Assembly: GCA_017992455.1 (NCBI GenBank)
Contig: JAGOOP010000004.1
Coordinates: 24,567 to 88,566, forward strand
From: Candidatus Omnitrophota bacterium
Lineage (GTDB): Bacteria; Omnitrophota; Gorgyraeia; Gygaellales; Profunditerraquicolaceae
DNA length: 64,000 nt
Direction of reading: 5' to 3'
Part shown: positions 40,698 through 49,764 of the stretch, in pieces
Numbering within the stretch: the stretch's first letter is position 1
Layout of the letters: each line of letters begins with the position of its first letter
The notes under the pieces: model-generated
The model's database searches: none
Seen by the model: only the letters and a program-made list of their open reading frames with translations
Told to the model about the DNA's origin: nothing
Position numbers and translations under genes: made by a program

Positions 40698-40934
40698 TCA
40701 GTTCTCCACTTCCAGTTCTATGACGCGCGACTCAAGATCATCCCCCTGGACGACGTCGAGCCGCGAATCCTCGGCGAGCGTGCCTTTGGCGACCATCTCG
40801 AACGCATGGGTCAATGATTCGGGCGTCGTATGGCCGTCATTGCCCAGCTCTACCTTGATCGACCGGACCCGCTTGCCGCCGGCCTTTTGAAGGCACAGGC
40901 TCAACACTTCTTTGGCCACTCCGACCTCATGCAT
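40698..40934 (-). CDS. hypA: HypA-like nickel metallochaperone lacking the zinc-finger domain (78 aa)
   Basis: ORF 40698..41030 trimmed to ATG 40934 (GGAGGAAA RBS); MHE nickel-site N-terminus; no CxxC...CxxC block. Confidence 0.6.
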   Translation of the reverse strand: MHEVGVAKEVLSLCLQKAGGKRVRSIKVELGNDGHTTPESLTHAFEMVAKGTLAEDSRLDVVQGDDLESRVIELEVEN

Positions 40935-41373
40935 GCTGTATTTCCTCCAGTACGAGCTGTCCGAGCCTCGGCAGGGCTGCCCGGACCTCGTCGGTAAGTT
41001 CCATGCCCCAATCGACGGTCTTCGGTTCAACGCCGAAAACAGTGACCTGCGGCATGGCGCCGGTAAGCTTGACGATATTAAAAATATCCTTCAGGCACAC
41101 ATCGTGCAGCGATGTCTGAGGGAATGCCTCGACCTCGAAATCCTCGGGGGCGAATTTATAGATATCCCCGGGAACGCCGTCCGCCTGCACCGCGTCGACG
41201 ATAACAACCCGGTCGGAACCCTCGATAAAACTCAGCAGGTCAAACCCGCCCGTTGCTCCGTCGACCAGCTCCACGTCTGCGGGAAGTTTTTCCTTTTGCA
41301 AATAGCGTATCAGATGGACCCCGATACCCTCATCCCGGAACAACAGGTTGCCGCAGCCGATGATCCGCTTCAC
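40927..41373 (-). CDS. [NiFe] hydrogenase maturation endopeptidase (HyaD/HybD family)
   Basis: IIGCGNLLFRDEGIGV, VIVDAV, SLHD motifs; GTG 41373 two nt after large-subunit stop. Confidence 0.8.
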   Translation of the reverse strand: MKRIIGCGNLLFRDEGIGVHLIRYLQKEKLPADVELVDGATGGFDLLSFIEGSDRVVIVDAVQADGVPGDIYKFAPEDFEVEAFPQTSLHDVCLKDIFNIVKLTGAMPQVTVFGVEPKTVDWGMELTDEVRAALPRLGQLVLEEIQHA

Positions 41374-41375
41374 CG

Positions 41376-42791
41376 TTATACGACGCGGAATTTCTTCATC
41401 TCGCCGCTCGGCTTGATCAGATGCACCGCGCAGGCGATACAAGGGTCGAACGACCTGACGATCCTGACCACCTCAAGCGGATTATCCGTATCGACGATGG
41501 ACGTGCCGACAAGCGCCTCTTCGACCGGACCGCGCGCGCCTTTGTCATCGCGGGGAGCGCAGTTCCATGTCGTGGGCACCACTGCCTGATAATTATCGAT
41601 CTTCTTATTGGCGATCTTGATCCAGTGGCCTAAAGCGCCGCGTGCGCCTTCGGTCAATCCCATGCCTTCGCCTGAATCCGGGACCTTCGTTTCCGCGCAG
41701 GCAGGCTGCCCGGGTTTCAATTGCAACACCCATTCCTCCAGGGCATCGGCGAGTTTCTTCGCCTCGAGCGCGCGCGCAGCATGGCGGTCGATGACGGATA
41801 TGCCCTGGCGGTAATCGCCGTTGACCCACATGCGGGCAAGAGGACCGACTTCATACGGCTGGTTATCATACCGGGGAGCCTTGAGCCACGAATAACCGCC
41901 GGATTTCTCCGCTTCGGGATCAGTCACGCCGTCCGAGGGCTTCTTGCCTGAACTCGAGTTCTTGTAATAAGAGTATTTGACGTCTTCGGTTATCTTGTTG
42001 GCGTCAAAATCAAGCACCCGGTCCTTGGAAAAACGGCCTGCCTTGAACAACTTGCTCTTTCCGGCCGTATCGAGCGGGAACGCGCCGTAGGAAAGCAGAT
42101 TGCCGTATCCGCGGCCGATCTGCTTGTAATCGGAATAGATATCCGCGACGCCGAGCACATCGGGGATGTACACGTCGTTGACGAACGCCTTGATCTCGCG
42201 CAAGCGCCACAGGAACGACGCGATCTTGTCAACCGAAGGCGTGCATGTCACTCCGCCGACGACCATTGCCGTCTGCGGAGGCATTTTTCCGCCCCATATC
42301 GCCAGCATCTCGTGACACTTCTTGCGCATCTCAAGCGCCTGGAGATAATGCGCAACATAGGTGTCGTTGACCTTTGGCGGAAGCCGGAAATCGCCCGAAT
42401 ACCGCGGCACGAACGGCGGGATCGCCGGCCCGTTGACATAATCGAGCGCTGCAAGATGGTAGAAATGCAGGATATGCGACTGCAGATGGTTGGCGCCGAG
42501 CATCAAGTTCCTGATGATCCTTCCGTTGTCGGGAACCGTGACCTTGAACGCGTCGTCAAGGCACATGATGGACGCGGTGCCGTGCGCCATGGGGCAGACC
42601 CCGCAGATGCGCTGCGTGATCTGACCTGCGTCGCGGGGATCGCGCCCCTTCAAGATGACCTCGATGCCGCGCCAGAGCGTTCCCGAACTGTATGCGTCGG
42701 TGACCTTGCCGTCATTGACCTCGACGGTGACCTTTAAATGCCCTTCGATCCTTGTTACCGGATCTATCGATATTTTCTGCGTAGCCATCAA
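41376..42791 (-). CDS. [NiFe] hydrogenase large subunit
   Basis: RIEGH, RICGVCPMAHG, C-terminal DPCIACAVH followed by a 14-aa tail; 471 aa. Confidence 0.9.
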   Translation of the reverse strand: MMATQKISIDPVTRIEGHLKVTVEVNDGKVTDAYSSGTLWRGIEVILKGRDPRDAGQITQRICGVCPMAHGTASIMCLDDAFKVTVPDNGRIIRNLMLGANHLQSHILHFYHLAALDYVNGPAIPPFVPRYSGDFRLPPKVNDTYVAHYLQALEMRKKCHEMLAIWGGKMPPQTAMVVGGVTCTPSVDKIASFLWRLREIKAFVNDVYIPDVLGVADIYSDYKQIGRGYGNLLSYGAFPLDTAGKSKLFKAGRFSKDRVLDFDANKITEDVKYSYYKNSSSGKKPSDGVTDPEAEKSGGYSWLKAPRYDNQPYEVGPLARMWVNGDYRQGISVIDRHAARALEAKKLADALEEWVLQLKPGQPACAETKVPDSGEGMGLTEGARGALGHWIKIANKKIDNYQAVVPTTWNCAPRDDKGARGPVEEALVGTSIVDTDNPLEVVRIVRSFDPCIACAVHLIKPSGEMKKFRVV

Positions 42792-42818
42792 AACCTCCTT
42801 ATATTATATATGGGCCCC

Positions 42819-43766
42819 TTATACGATCTCGCTGTCTGCCTTAGGCCACTGGTCCTTTGGCAATGCCGCATAGAACGGCGCTTTTCCGTCCGGGAAATCC
42901 TCGCTGCAGCAGCCGATACAGATGGAGCCGGCTCCGATACACCAGTTCACGCCGTTATTCCATTTGCGCAGCGGGCAATCTGAACTTGCCATCGGGCCTT
43001 TGCAGCCGAGATTGATCAAGCAGCCGGGATCGCCGAATTTCTTGGCGAATTTGCCTTCGCTGAAATACGAGAAGTTGGGGCAGTTTTGATGGACGGTCTC
43101 TCCGAAGAACAGTTTCGGACGGCCGAGCTTATCCAGTTCAGGGAGCCCGAACAACAACACGTGCACGACCGTTCCCAGGATCCAGTCAGGGTGCGGAGGG
43201 CATCCCATGATATTGATGATCGGCACGCCTGAGACGACCTGTGAGACCGGCTTGCATTCAGTCGGGTTCGGTTTGCCGGCTGGGATGCCGCCGAAAGACG
43301 CGCAATCTCCGACTGCAAGGATCGCTTTGGCCTTCGGGCCGATATCCTTGACCAGGTCCAGCATGGTCACTTCTTTGCCGTCTTTCTCGCCGAGCGTGCA
43401 ATACACGCCGTGATCTTTTGTCGGGACAGCGCCTTCCACAACAAGGAAGAATTCGCCTTTGGCTTTTTCCGCGATCGTATCGAGGTATGAGAATGCGAGT
43501 TCTCCCGACGCTGCCATGACGTTCGAATGATATTCAAGGCTGATGATCTTGGTGAGGACATCGGCGATCTTCGGATGCGCGGTGTTCAACAGCGATACGC
43601 TGCAGCCGGAGCAGCTTGCGCCCTGCAGCCAGATGACCGGCGGCCTCTTTGCCGCAGCTTCTTCCAATGCAGAAACGAGTTTCGGCACAGCCATCTGGGA
43701 AAGACCCATTCCCATTGCAGACGCGCTGCACAACTGCAAGAATTCACGCCTCGTAAGTTCCATCAT
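42819..43766 (-). CDS. [NiFe] hydrogenase small subunit, Tat-exported
   Basis: Twin-arginine signal LTRREFLQL; GASCSGCSVS proximal cluster motif; second ATG (43763) may be the start. Confidence 0.9.
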   Translation of the reverse strand: MMELTRREFLQLCSASAMGMGLSQMAVPKLVSALEEAAAKRPPVIWLQGASCSGCSVSLLNTAHPKIADVLTKIISLEYHSNVMAASGELAFSYLDTIAEKAKGEFFLVVEGAVPTKDHGVYCTLGEKDGKEVTMLDLVKDIGPKAKAILAVGDCASFGGIPAGKPNPTECKPVSQVVSGVPIINIMGCPPHPDWILGTVVHVLLFGLPELDKLGRPKLFFGETVHQNCPNFSYFSEGKFAKKFGDPGCLINLGCKGPMASSDCPLRKWNNGVNWCIGAGSICIGCCSEDFPDGKAPFYAALPKDQWPKADSEIV

Positions 43767-43812
43767 CCCTCCTCTTTTTTTATTAAACCCTTTTTCAAAA
43801 CTATTTATAAAT

Positions 43813-43843
43813 AAAAAAAGCCGAAAAAGATTCCTTTTTCAGC
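43813..43843 (-). terminator. weak terminator-like hairpin in the hydrogenase leader
   Basis: Minus strand GCUGAAAAAG gaau CUUUUUCGGC + UUUUUUU (plus A run 43813-43819); about 50-75 nt upstream of small-subunit start. Confidence 0.3.
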
Positions 43844-44050
43844 TTGCGAACACTTCAATGCGTGTCTTGACCCGTGGCAGCATTATCCTCCTGATTTGAC
43901 TATGGTTGTATCATAAAATAAAAAACATGTCAAGCAATTACGAAAGAAATCCGGGCACAGCGCATTGCGAGGAATGCGCGCAAATATACTTCTCATTTGC
44001 ATGTTTTGTGTTAGAATAGTGCCGAAGCTTTAGAAAAAGGATCCCTTCAC

Positions 44051-46342
44051 ATGCGATCGGCGTTCAAGATAGATATAGAGGGAGTTGTCCAGGGCGTCGG
44101 ATTCAGGCCGTTCGTGCACCGGCTTGCCAAGCGCCTGGGCATCGACGGATATGTGCTCAACACCTCGCAGGGCGTTTCCATCCACGCCGAAACTGACCGG
44201 CCGAAGATGAACGCATTCCTCAAAGCGCTTCAGGCGGAAGTGCCGCCGCTGGCGCGCATAACCGGAACGCGCGCCCGGGCCGCGGCCGCCGAGGGCATCA
44301 GCGGATTTTCCATCAGGGACAGCAGAAAAACCGCGGGGCATGCGGCGCTTGTTTCTGCCGATATCGGCACCTGCGTTGACTGCCTTGCCGAAATGAACAG
44401 CGATACCGACCGCAGATACCGGTATCCATTCATCAACTGCACGAACTGCGGCCCCCGTTTTTCCATCATACAGAACATGCCCTACGACCGTCCGGCCACC
44501 ACCATGAAGGCGTTCAACATGTGCATGGACTGCGCCACCGAATACAGCGATATGGATTCCCGGCGCTACCATGCCCAGCCCAACGCCTGCCCTATTTGCG
44601 GGCCGCAGGTATCGCTCGTGTGCGCAGGGCGCACGATCGCGGCCGGAGAAGATGCGATAACGGAGACCATTCGCCGGATCCGCGCAGGCTCGATCGTGGC
44701 GATAAAAGGCGTGGGCGGCTTCCACATCGCCTGCGATGCCCGCAACGGCATGGCGGTACAGCGGCTGCGCAGCCTCAAAAAAAGGCCGTCAAAGCCGTTC
44801 GCGGTCATGGTAGCGGATACAAAAAAAGCGCAGGCATTCGCCGAGGTGCCGCAAACGGAACAGGAACTGCTCAACAGCCCCGAGCGGCCGGTCGTGCTCC
44901 TGAAGAAAAAGGACAAAAACGGACTGTGCCCCGAATTAAGCCCGGACAATAATTATCTCGGGATCATGATCTGCTATACTCCGCTGCATTACCTGTTATT
45001 CGACCGCAACCTCTCCGACGGCAAGCCGCTCGACTGTATCGTCATGACAAGCGGCAATGTCGCGGACGAGCCGCTTGAGATCGACAACGATCAGGCGATG
45101 AGGAACCTGTCGGGGATCTGCGATCATTTCCTGGTCCACAACCGCGCGATCCATAACCGTGTCGACGATTCGATCGTCCAGGTGATGGACGGGAAGCCCG
45201 TCATGCTGCGGCGCAGCCGCGGATATGCGCCGTTCCCGTTCTTTGCGCAAAGGACCATGAAGCCGACACTTGCCTGCGGCGCCGAACTGAAAAACACGTT
45301 CTGCCTTGCTGATGGTCCGCGTTTTGTGCTCAGCCAGTATATCGGCGACCTTAAAACATACGCGACCTATCAGTTCTACCGAGAGGCGGTCGCGCGGCTC
45401 GAAAAACTTTTTAGCGTCAAACCCGCGATCGTGGCCCATGACCTTCATCCCGACTATCTTTCCACGCATTATGCCGCGGCATTGCGGGCCAAAAAGAAAA
45501 AACTCGCCCTCATCCCCGTACAGCATCACCGGGCGCACTGCGCCAGCGTCATCGCCGAACATGCGATCAAAGGAAAGATCATCGGCGTCTGTTTTGACGG
45601 GACCGGCTGCGGCGAAGACAACAGGATCTGGGGCGGAGAGTTCTTTCACGGAACGTTGTCGAACCTCAAGCGCGCCGGCCGCTTCGAATACGTGGCCATG
45701 CCCGGCGGGGATAAAGCGACGCAGGAGCCCTTCCGCATGGCCATCAGCTACCTTTATCAGGCGTTCGGCGAGGACATATACCGGCTCAACATAGGATTCA
45801 TAAACAAATACCAGAATTCACTCGCGGATTTCATCACGCTCGCAAAGCTCAAACCGGTCCTGACCTCAAGCGCAGGCAGATTGTTCGACGCGGTGAGCGC
45901 GATCCTGGGCATCTGCGACCGCATCACGTATGAAGCGCAGGCAGCGATCAGGCTGCAGATGTTCGCCGAACGTTCGCGGACGACAAAGGCCTACCGCTTC
46001 GGCATTTTTGAAGAAGAGAATATGCTGATCGTTGACAGCGGCCCGATGCTCGAACAGCTCGTCAAAGACCTCCGGGCGTATGTATCCCGGGAGGATATCG
46101 CGCGCAAATTCCATAACGGACTGGCAGGCCTTATCGCGCGCATGTGCGGGGCCATTCGCGCCAGGACAAAAACGGATACTGTCTGCCTGTGCGGAGGAGT
46201 GTTCCAGAACAAGCTTCTTCTCGAAACAACCGCGGGGCATTTACGCAAAAACAGATTCATTGTGTATTACAACGAAGTGCTGCCCTCGAATGACGGAGCG
46301 GTCTCGCTCGGCCAGGCGGCGCTTGCCAATGCAAAAAATTAA
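44051..46342 (+). CDS. hypF: carbamoyltransferase HypF
   Basis: Acylphosphatase start VQGVGFRPFV, two CxxC-x18-CxxC zinc fingers (CVDC...CTNC; CMDC...CPIC), YrdC and Kae1-like domains. Confidence 0.9.
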   Translation: MRSAFKIDIEGVVQGVGFRPFVHRLAKRLGIDGYVLNTSQGVSIHAETDRPKMNAFLKALQAEVPPLARITGTRARAAAAEGISGFSIRDSRKTAGHAALVSADIGTCVDCLAEMNSDTDRRYRYPFINCTNCGPRFSIIQNMPYDRPATTMKAFNMCMDCATEYSDMDSRRYHAQPNACPICGPQVSLVCAGRTIAAGEDAITETIRRIRAGSIVAIKGVGGFHIACDARNGMAVQRLRSLKKRPSKPFAVMVADTKKAQAFAEVPQTEQELLNSPERPVVLLKKKDKNGLCPELSPDNNYLGIMICYTPLHYLLFDRNLSDGKPLDCIVMTSGNVADEPLEIDNDQAMRNLSGICDHFLVHNRAIHNRVDDSIVQVMDGKPVMLRRSRGYAPFPFFAQRTMKPTLACGAELKNTFCLADGPRFVLSQYIGDLKTYATYQFYREAVARLEKLFSVKPAIVAHDLHPDYLSTHYAAALRAKKKKLALIPVQHHRAHCASVIAEHAIKGKIIGVCFDGTGCGEDNRIWGGEFFHGTLSNLKRAGRFEYVAMPGGDKATQEPFRMAISYLYQAFGEDIYRLNIGFINKYQNSLADFITLAKLKPVLTSSAGRLFDAVSAILGICDRITYEAQAAIRLQMFAERSRTTKAYRFGIFEEENMLIVDSGPMLEQLVKDLRAYVSREDIARKFHNGLAGLIARMCGAIRARTKTDTVCLCGGVFQNKLLLETTAGHLRKNRFIVYYNEVLPSNDGAVSLGQAALANAKN

Positions 46343-46347
46343 ACACT

Positions 46348-46566
46348 ATGTGCCTTGCCATACCGGTTAGAATCATCAAGCTCGACGGCACGCATGCCGA
46401 AGTGGATGCCAACGGCGTCAGGCGCGACGCGGACGTGCGGTTCGTGGACGATGTGAAAGCCGGCGACTATATCCTGCTCCACGCGGGGTTCGCCATCGAG
46501 AAGATAGACGAACAACAGGCGCGTGAAACGCTCGAATTGCTCAAAAACATCTATTACGACCAATGA
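46348..46566 (+). CDS. hypC: hydrogenase assembly chaperone HypC
   Basis: MCLAIP N-terminus, 72 aa. Confidence 0.9.
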   Translation: MCLAIPVRIIKLDGTHAEVDANGVRRDADVRFVDDVKAGDYILLHAGFAIEKIDEQQARETLELLKNIYYDQ

Positions 46567-47648
46567 AATATATCGACGAGTTCCGCGACAAAGAGATCGT
46601 CAAAGGGCTGATCTCGGCCATCAATGCGTCCGCCCGCGCAAAGATCAACCTCATGGAAGTCTGCGGCACGCACACCATGGCGATCTTCCGGTCGGGGATC
46701 AAGCAGATCCTGCCCTCCTCGATCGATCTCATCTCAGGCCCGGGCTGCCCGGTGTGCGTGACGTCGCAATCGGATATCGACCGGATGCTGTCGCTGGCGC
46801 GCAATAAGGATATCGTCATCACGACGTTCGGCGACATGCTCAAGGTCCCGGGGACAAAAGGGTCGCTTGAAAAAGAGAACGCAGGCGGCGCGGACATCAG
46901 GATCGTGTACAGCCCGCTCGATGCCCTTGCGATCGCAGGGCGCGAACCCCGGAAGGAAGTCGTGTTCCTTGCGGTCGGGTTCGAGACCACGGCGCCGGTC
47001 ATCGCTTCGGTCGTCAGCGATGCGGCGCAAAAAAAGATCGGGAATTTCTCGATCTACTCCTGCCACAAGACCATACCGCCGGCGATGAAAGCCCTGCTCG
47101 AAGCGCAGGAGCTTCAGATCGACGGGTTCCTGTGCCCGGGCCATGTGACATCGATCATCGGATCGCGCGCATATGACTTTATCGCAGCCGATTACGGCAT
47201 CCCCTGCGTGGTAAGCGGGTTCGAACCGACGGATATACTCGAGACCGTGCTGATGCTCATCCGGCAGAAAGAAAAGAACCGGGCCTGTGTCGAGGTCCAG
47301 TACGCGCGCGCGGTCCGGCGGCAAGGCAATGTAAAAGCGCAGGAAATGATGGACAGGGTTTTCGAGCCGGCTGACGCTGACTGGCGCGGACTGGGCAGCA
47401 TACTGCAGAGCGGCCTGCGGCTGCGCACAGCATATCGTTCGTTCGACGCGGCTGTCAAATTCCGGATACCCGCTTTCAAAACAACCGAACCCCGGGGATG
47501 TATGTGCGGGGAGGTCCTGCGGGGCGCCAAAACGCCGCAGCAGTGCAGGTTATTCGCAAAGGCCTGCACGCCGGAAAACCCGTTCGGTCCGTGCATGGTA
47601 TCGTCCGAAGGGACCTGCGCGGCGTGGTTCAAATATAACAGGGGTTAA
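46563..47648 (+). CDS. hypD: hydrogenase formation protein HypD
   Basis: MEVCGTHT, GPGCPVCV, FEPT motifs. Confidence 0.9.
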   Translation: MKYIDEFRDKEIVKGLISAINASARAKINLMEVCGTHTMAIFRSGIKQILPSSIDLISGPGCPVCVTSQSDIDRMLSLARNKDIVITTFGDMLKVPGTKGSLEKENAGGADIRIVYSPLDALAIAGREPRKEVVFLAVGFETTAPVIASVVSDAAQKKIGNFSIYSCHKTIPPAMKALLEAQELQIDGFLCPGHVTSIIGSRAYDFIAADYGIPCVVSGFEPTDILETVLMLIRQKEKNRACVEVQYARAVRRQGNVKAQEMMDRVFEPADADWRGLGSILQSGLRLRTAYRSFDAAVKFRIPAFKTTEPRGCMCGEVLRGAKTPQQCRLFAKACTPENPFGPCMVSSEGTCAAWFKYNRG

Positions 47649-47651
47649 AAC

Positions 47652-48668
47652 ATGGACGAAAAAATATTATTAGCGCACGGTTCAGGCGGAAAGCTGACGC
47701 ACCGGCTCTTAAGCGAGATCGTGTTCCCCGCGTTCTCCAATCCGATATTGAAAAAATGCGAGGACGCAGCTGTGGTGCCGATGGAGGGCAGATGCGCGTT
47801 CACGACCGATTCATTCGTCATCCAGCCGGTATTCTTTCCCGGCGGCGACATCGGGAAGCTTGCGGTCTGCGGCACGGTCAATGACCTTGCGGTCATGGGC
47901 GCCCGCCCCCGATACCTCACCGCCGCCTGTATCATAGAAGAAGGGCTGGAGATCTCCGTCCTGCGAACGGTCGTCGCGTCCATGGCTCAGGCGGCAAAAA
48001 AAGCGGGCGTTCAGATCGTCGGCGGGGACCTGAAGGTCGTTGAAAAAGGCGCCTGCGATAAGATATTCATCAATACGACAGGCATCGGGCTCATCTTGAA
48101 AACCTGCCGCATCTCCGCAAATAATGCCCGGCCCGGAGACTGCGTCATCATCAACGGCACGATCGGCGATCACGGCGCCGCGGTCATGTCAGCGCGCAAA
48201 GATTATAAGCTGCGCAGTTCCATCCGCAGCGACTGCGCCTGCCTCAACGGCCTTATTGAACGCGTACTCCGTGCCGCGCCGGGTGTTCATGTCATGCGCG
48301 ATCCGACGCGCGGCGGCGTGGCGACCACGCTCAAGGAGATCGCGCTCCAGTCGAATGTGGAGATACTGATCGAAGAAGACGCCCTGCCGGTAAACGGCCC
48401 GGTGCGCGGCTTATGCGAAATACTCGGCATCGATCCGCTCTATATGGCCAACGAAGGCAAGGTGCTCGTATTCGCCCCGGCCAAAGACGCTCAAAAGATC
48501 ATAGCCGCCATGCGAAAACATCCGCTCGGAAAACGCGCAGCCGTCATCGGCCGCGTAACAAGCCAGCCTGCCCGTTCGGACACCCCGCATGTGCTCCTCC
48601 ACACCTCCATCGGCTCCACCCGCATCATCGACATGCTCTCCGGCGGCCAGCTCCCCCGCATCTGCTAA
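47652..48668 (+). CDS. hypE: carbamoyl dehydratase HypE
   Basis: AIR-synthase-like fold, C-terminal PRIC. Confidence 0.9.
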   Translation: MDEKILLAHGSGGKLTHRLLSEIVFPAFSNPILKKCEDAAVVPMEGRCAFTTDSFVIQPVFFPGGDIGKLAVCGTVNDLAVMGARPRYLTAACIIEEGLEISVLRTVVASMAQAAKKAGVQIVGGDLKVVEKGACDKIFINTTGIGLILKTCRISANNARPGDCVIINGTIGDHGAAVMSARKDYKLRSSIRSDCACLNGLIERVLRAAPGVHVMRDPTRGGVATTLKEIALQSNVEILIEEDALPVNGPVRGLCEILGIDPLYMANEGKVLVFAPAKDAQKIIAAMRKHPLGKRAAVIGRVTSQPARSDTPHVLLHTSIGSTRIIDMLSGGQLPRIC

Positions 48669-48752
48669 AGGCTAAAAACGGGGTCAGAATTATTTATTTT
48701 CCCGAAAAACATAGGGACGGTTCTCGAAAAACGAGAACCGTCCCTATGTTTT
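48667..48752. repeat. family-1 left arm (48667-48700) joined to family-2 hairpin (48706-48726 / 48732-48752); no right arm
   Basis: AAAGGCTAAAAACGGGGTCAGAATTATTTATTTT cccg AAAACATAGGGACGGTTCTCG aaaaa CGAGAACCGTCCCTATGTTTT; begins on hypE stop codon. Confidence 0.9.
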
Positions 48753-48882
48753 AAACGGCAAAGGGGACAATCGACTGTTGCTTTTTGCCGACATTACTGT
48801 TCAGGCACCCTTTGCCGTCTTTCTACCTTAAGCATACTCTATATCCGGGGAATGTAAATGGCCTGTTTCCCCTTTTTATTGA

Positions 48883-49764
48883 CTAATCTCCTGTTTTCTG
48901 TCCAGTTGCAGGCTGTAACGCATCCCCGCCTGCTCCGGCAGATCTGATCCCCAGATACAGATAAACAACATACGCCAGAATATACACCAACGGAAAGAAC
49001 GGTATGCGCAGGCCGATAATATCGCAGAACGCAGCGATGCACGTCGCAGGCACTAATGCATACGCTCCTGTATTCCATATCTCTTTATACGTCATCTTCA
49101 CCTTGACGACCGCGACAATGATCAGCGAAACAAGGCTGAATATGAACACATGGAGCGGCTTGGTGCAGCTGTACACGACGAACCAGAACAACACAAGAAC
49201 GGGGAATATCCACATGCCGATGATATCGATCCACCGGTTGACGAATTTCGGCACCAGATCGAACTGCCGCTGTTCAAAAGACAGCGCGAACCCCTGCGGC
49301 CCGGGAGTGATCGTGAACGACGCGTTCTCCAGATTGTACGTCTTTATCTCCGCGGATGCGTTCCGGCCCGATGTCTGCTTGGTAAGCAGCTGCCGCGCGG
49401 TCAAAATCGCCGCATTCTGATAGCTCGACATGATCTCAGAAACCTTGCCGGGTTCCGGCTCTATAATAACGGCGAACTGCTGGCCTTCTGCCTTATATTC
49501 CTTGACGAACGCCTGCTTCGGTTCTATGAGATCCCCCTTGGCCATCTTGATAACAGGGAATTCAGCCGATATCCTGGGCATATTCTCATTGACCCATTTT
49601 TTCGCAACGGACAGTCCGGACAGGGCGACGGCGGTATATTTGACCGATACGGCCGCGCTGATGATAAGGACGAACACGAGCAGAAAACCGATGCTCCTGC
49701 CGACCGACTGCCGCGATATCCGGGGGTAAAATCCGGGATCGAATGCGCCGAACATGCCGAACAT
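48883..49764 (-). CDS. polytopic membrane protein, DUF1189-like
   Basis: 293 aa; N-terminal FYPRISRQSVGRSIGFLLVFVLII pattern, soluble insert, C-terminal TM bundle; family call from memory only. Confidence 0.5.
   Translation of the reverse strand: MFGMFGAFDPGFYPRISRQSVGRSIGFLLVFVLIISAAVSVKYTAVALSGLSVAKKWVNENMPRISAEFPVIKMAKGDLIEPKQAFVKEYKAEGQQFAVIIEPEPGKVSEIMSSYQNAAILTARQLLTKQTSGRNASAEIKTYNLENASFTITPGPQGFALSFEQRQFDLVPKFVNRWIDIIGMWIFPVLVLFWFVVYSCTKPLHVFIFSLVSLIIVAVVKVKMTYKEIWNTGAYALVPATCIAAFCDIIGLRIPFFPLVYILAYVVYLYLGIRSAGAGGDALQPATGQKTGD

Noticed and set aside
41376-41420. Selenocysteine-containing [NiFeSe] hydrogenase.
   Set aside because: The C-terminal motif reads DPCIACAVH with ordinary Cys codons and no in-frame TGA. 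No SECIS-like hairpin is needed to explain the ORF.
43870-43895. Sigma54 promoter (TGGCAG at 43875-43880) in the hydrogenase/hyp divergent region.
   Set aside because: The required TTGC element is missing at the N5 spacing on either strand, and no enhancer-binding-protein gene is nearby.
43960-43979. Inverted repeat GCGCATT-N6-AATGCGC between the hydrogenase and hypF genes as a regulator site.
   Set aside because: It has only 7-bp GC-rich arms in GC-rich DNA and does not resemble the nikR-promoter dyad. It is too short to distinguish from chance without comparative data.
48753-48882. Extra element in the 130-nt gap after the hypE repeat: an 11-bp inverted repeat ACGGCAAAGGG / CCCTTTGCCGT about 45 nt apart, and GGGGAA-N14-TTCCCC followed by a T run.
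   Set aside because: The stems are short with long loops, do not recur elsewhere in the window and lie next to an already strong hairpin. This is insufficient to call a terminator or RNA gene.
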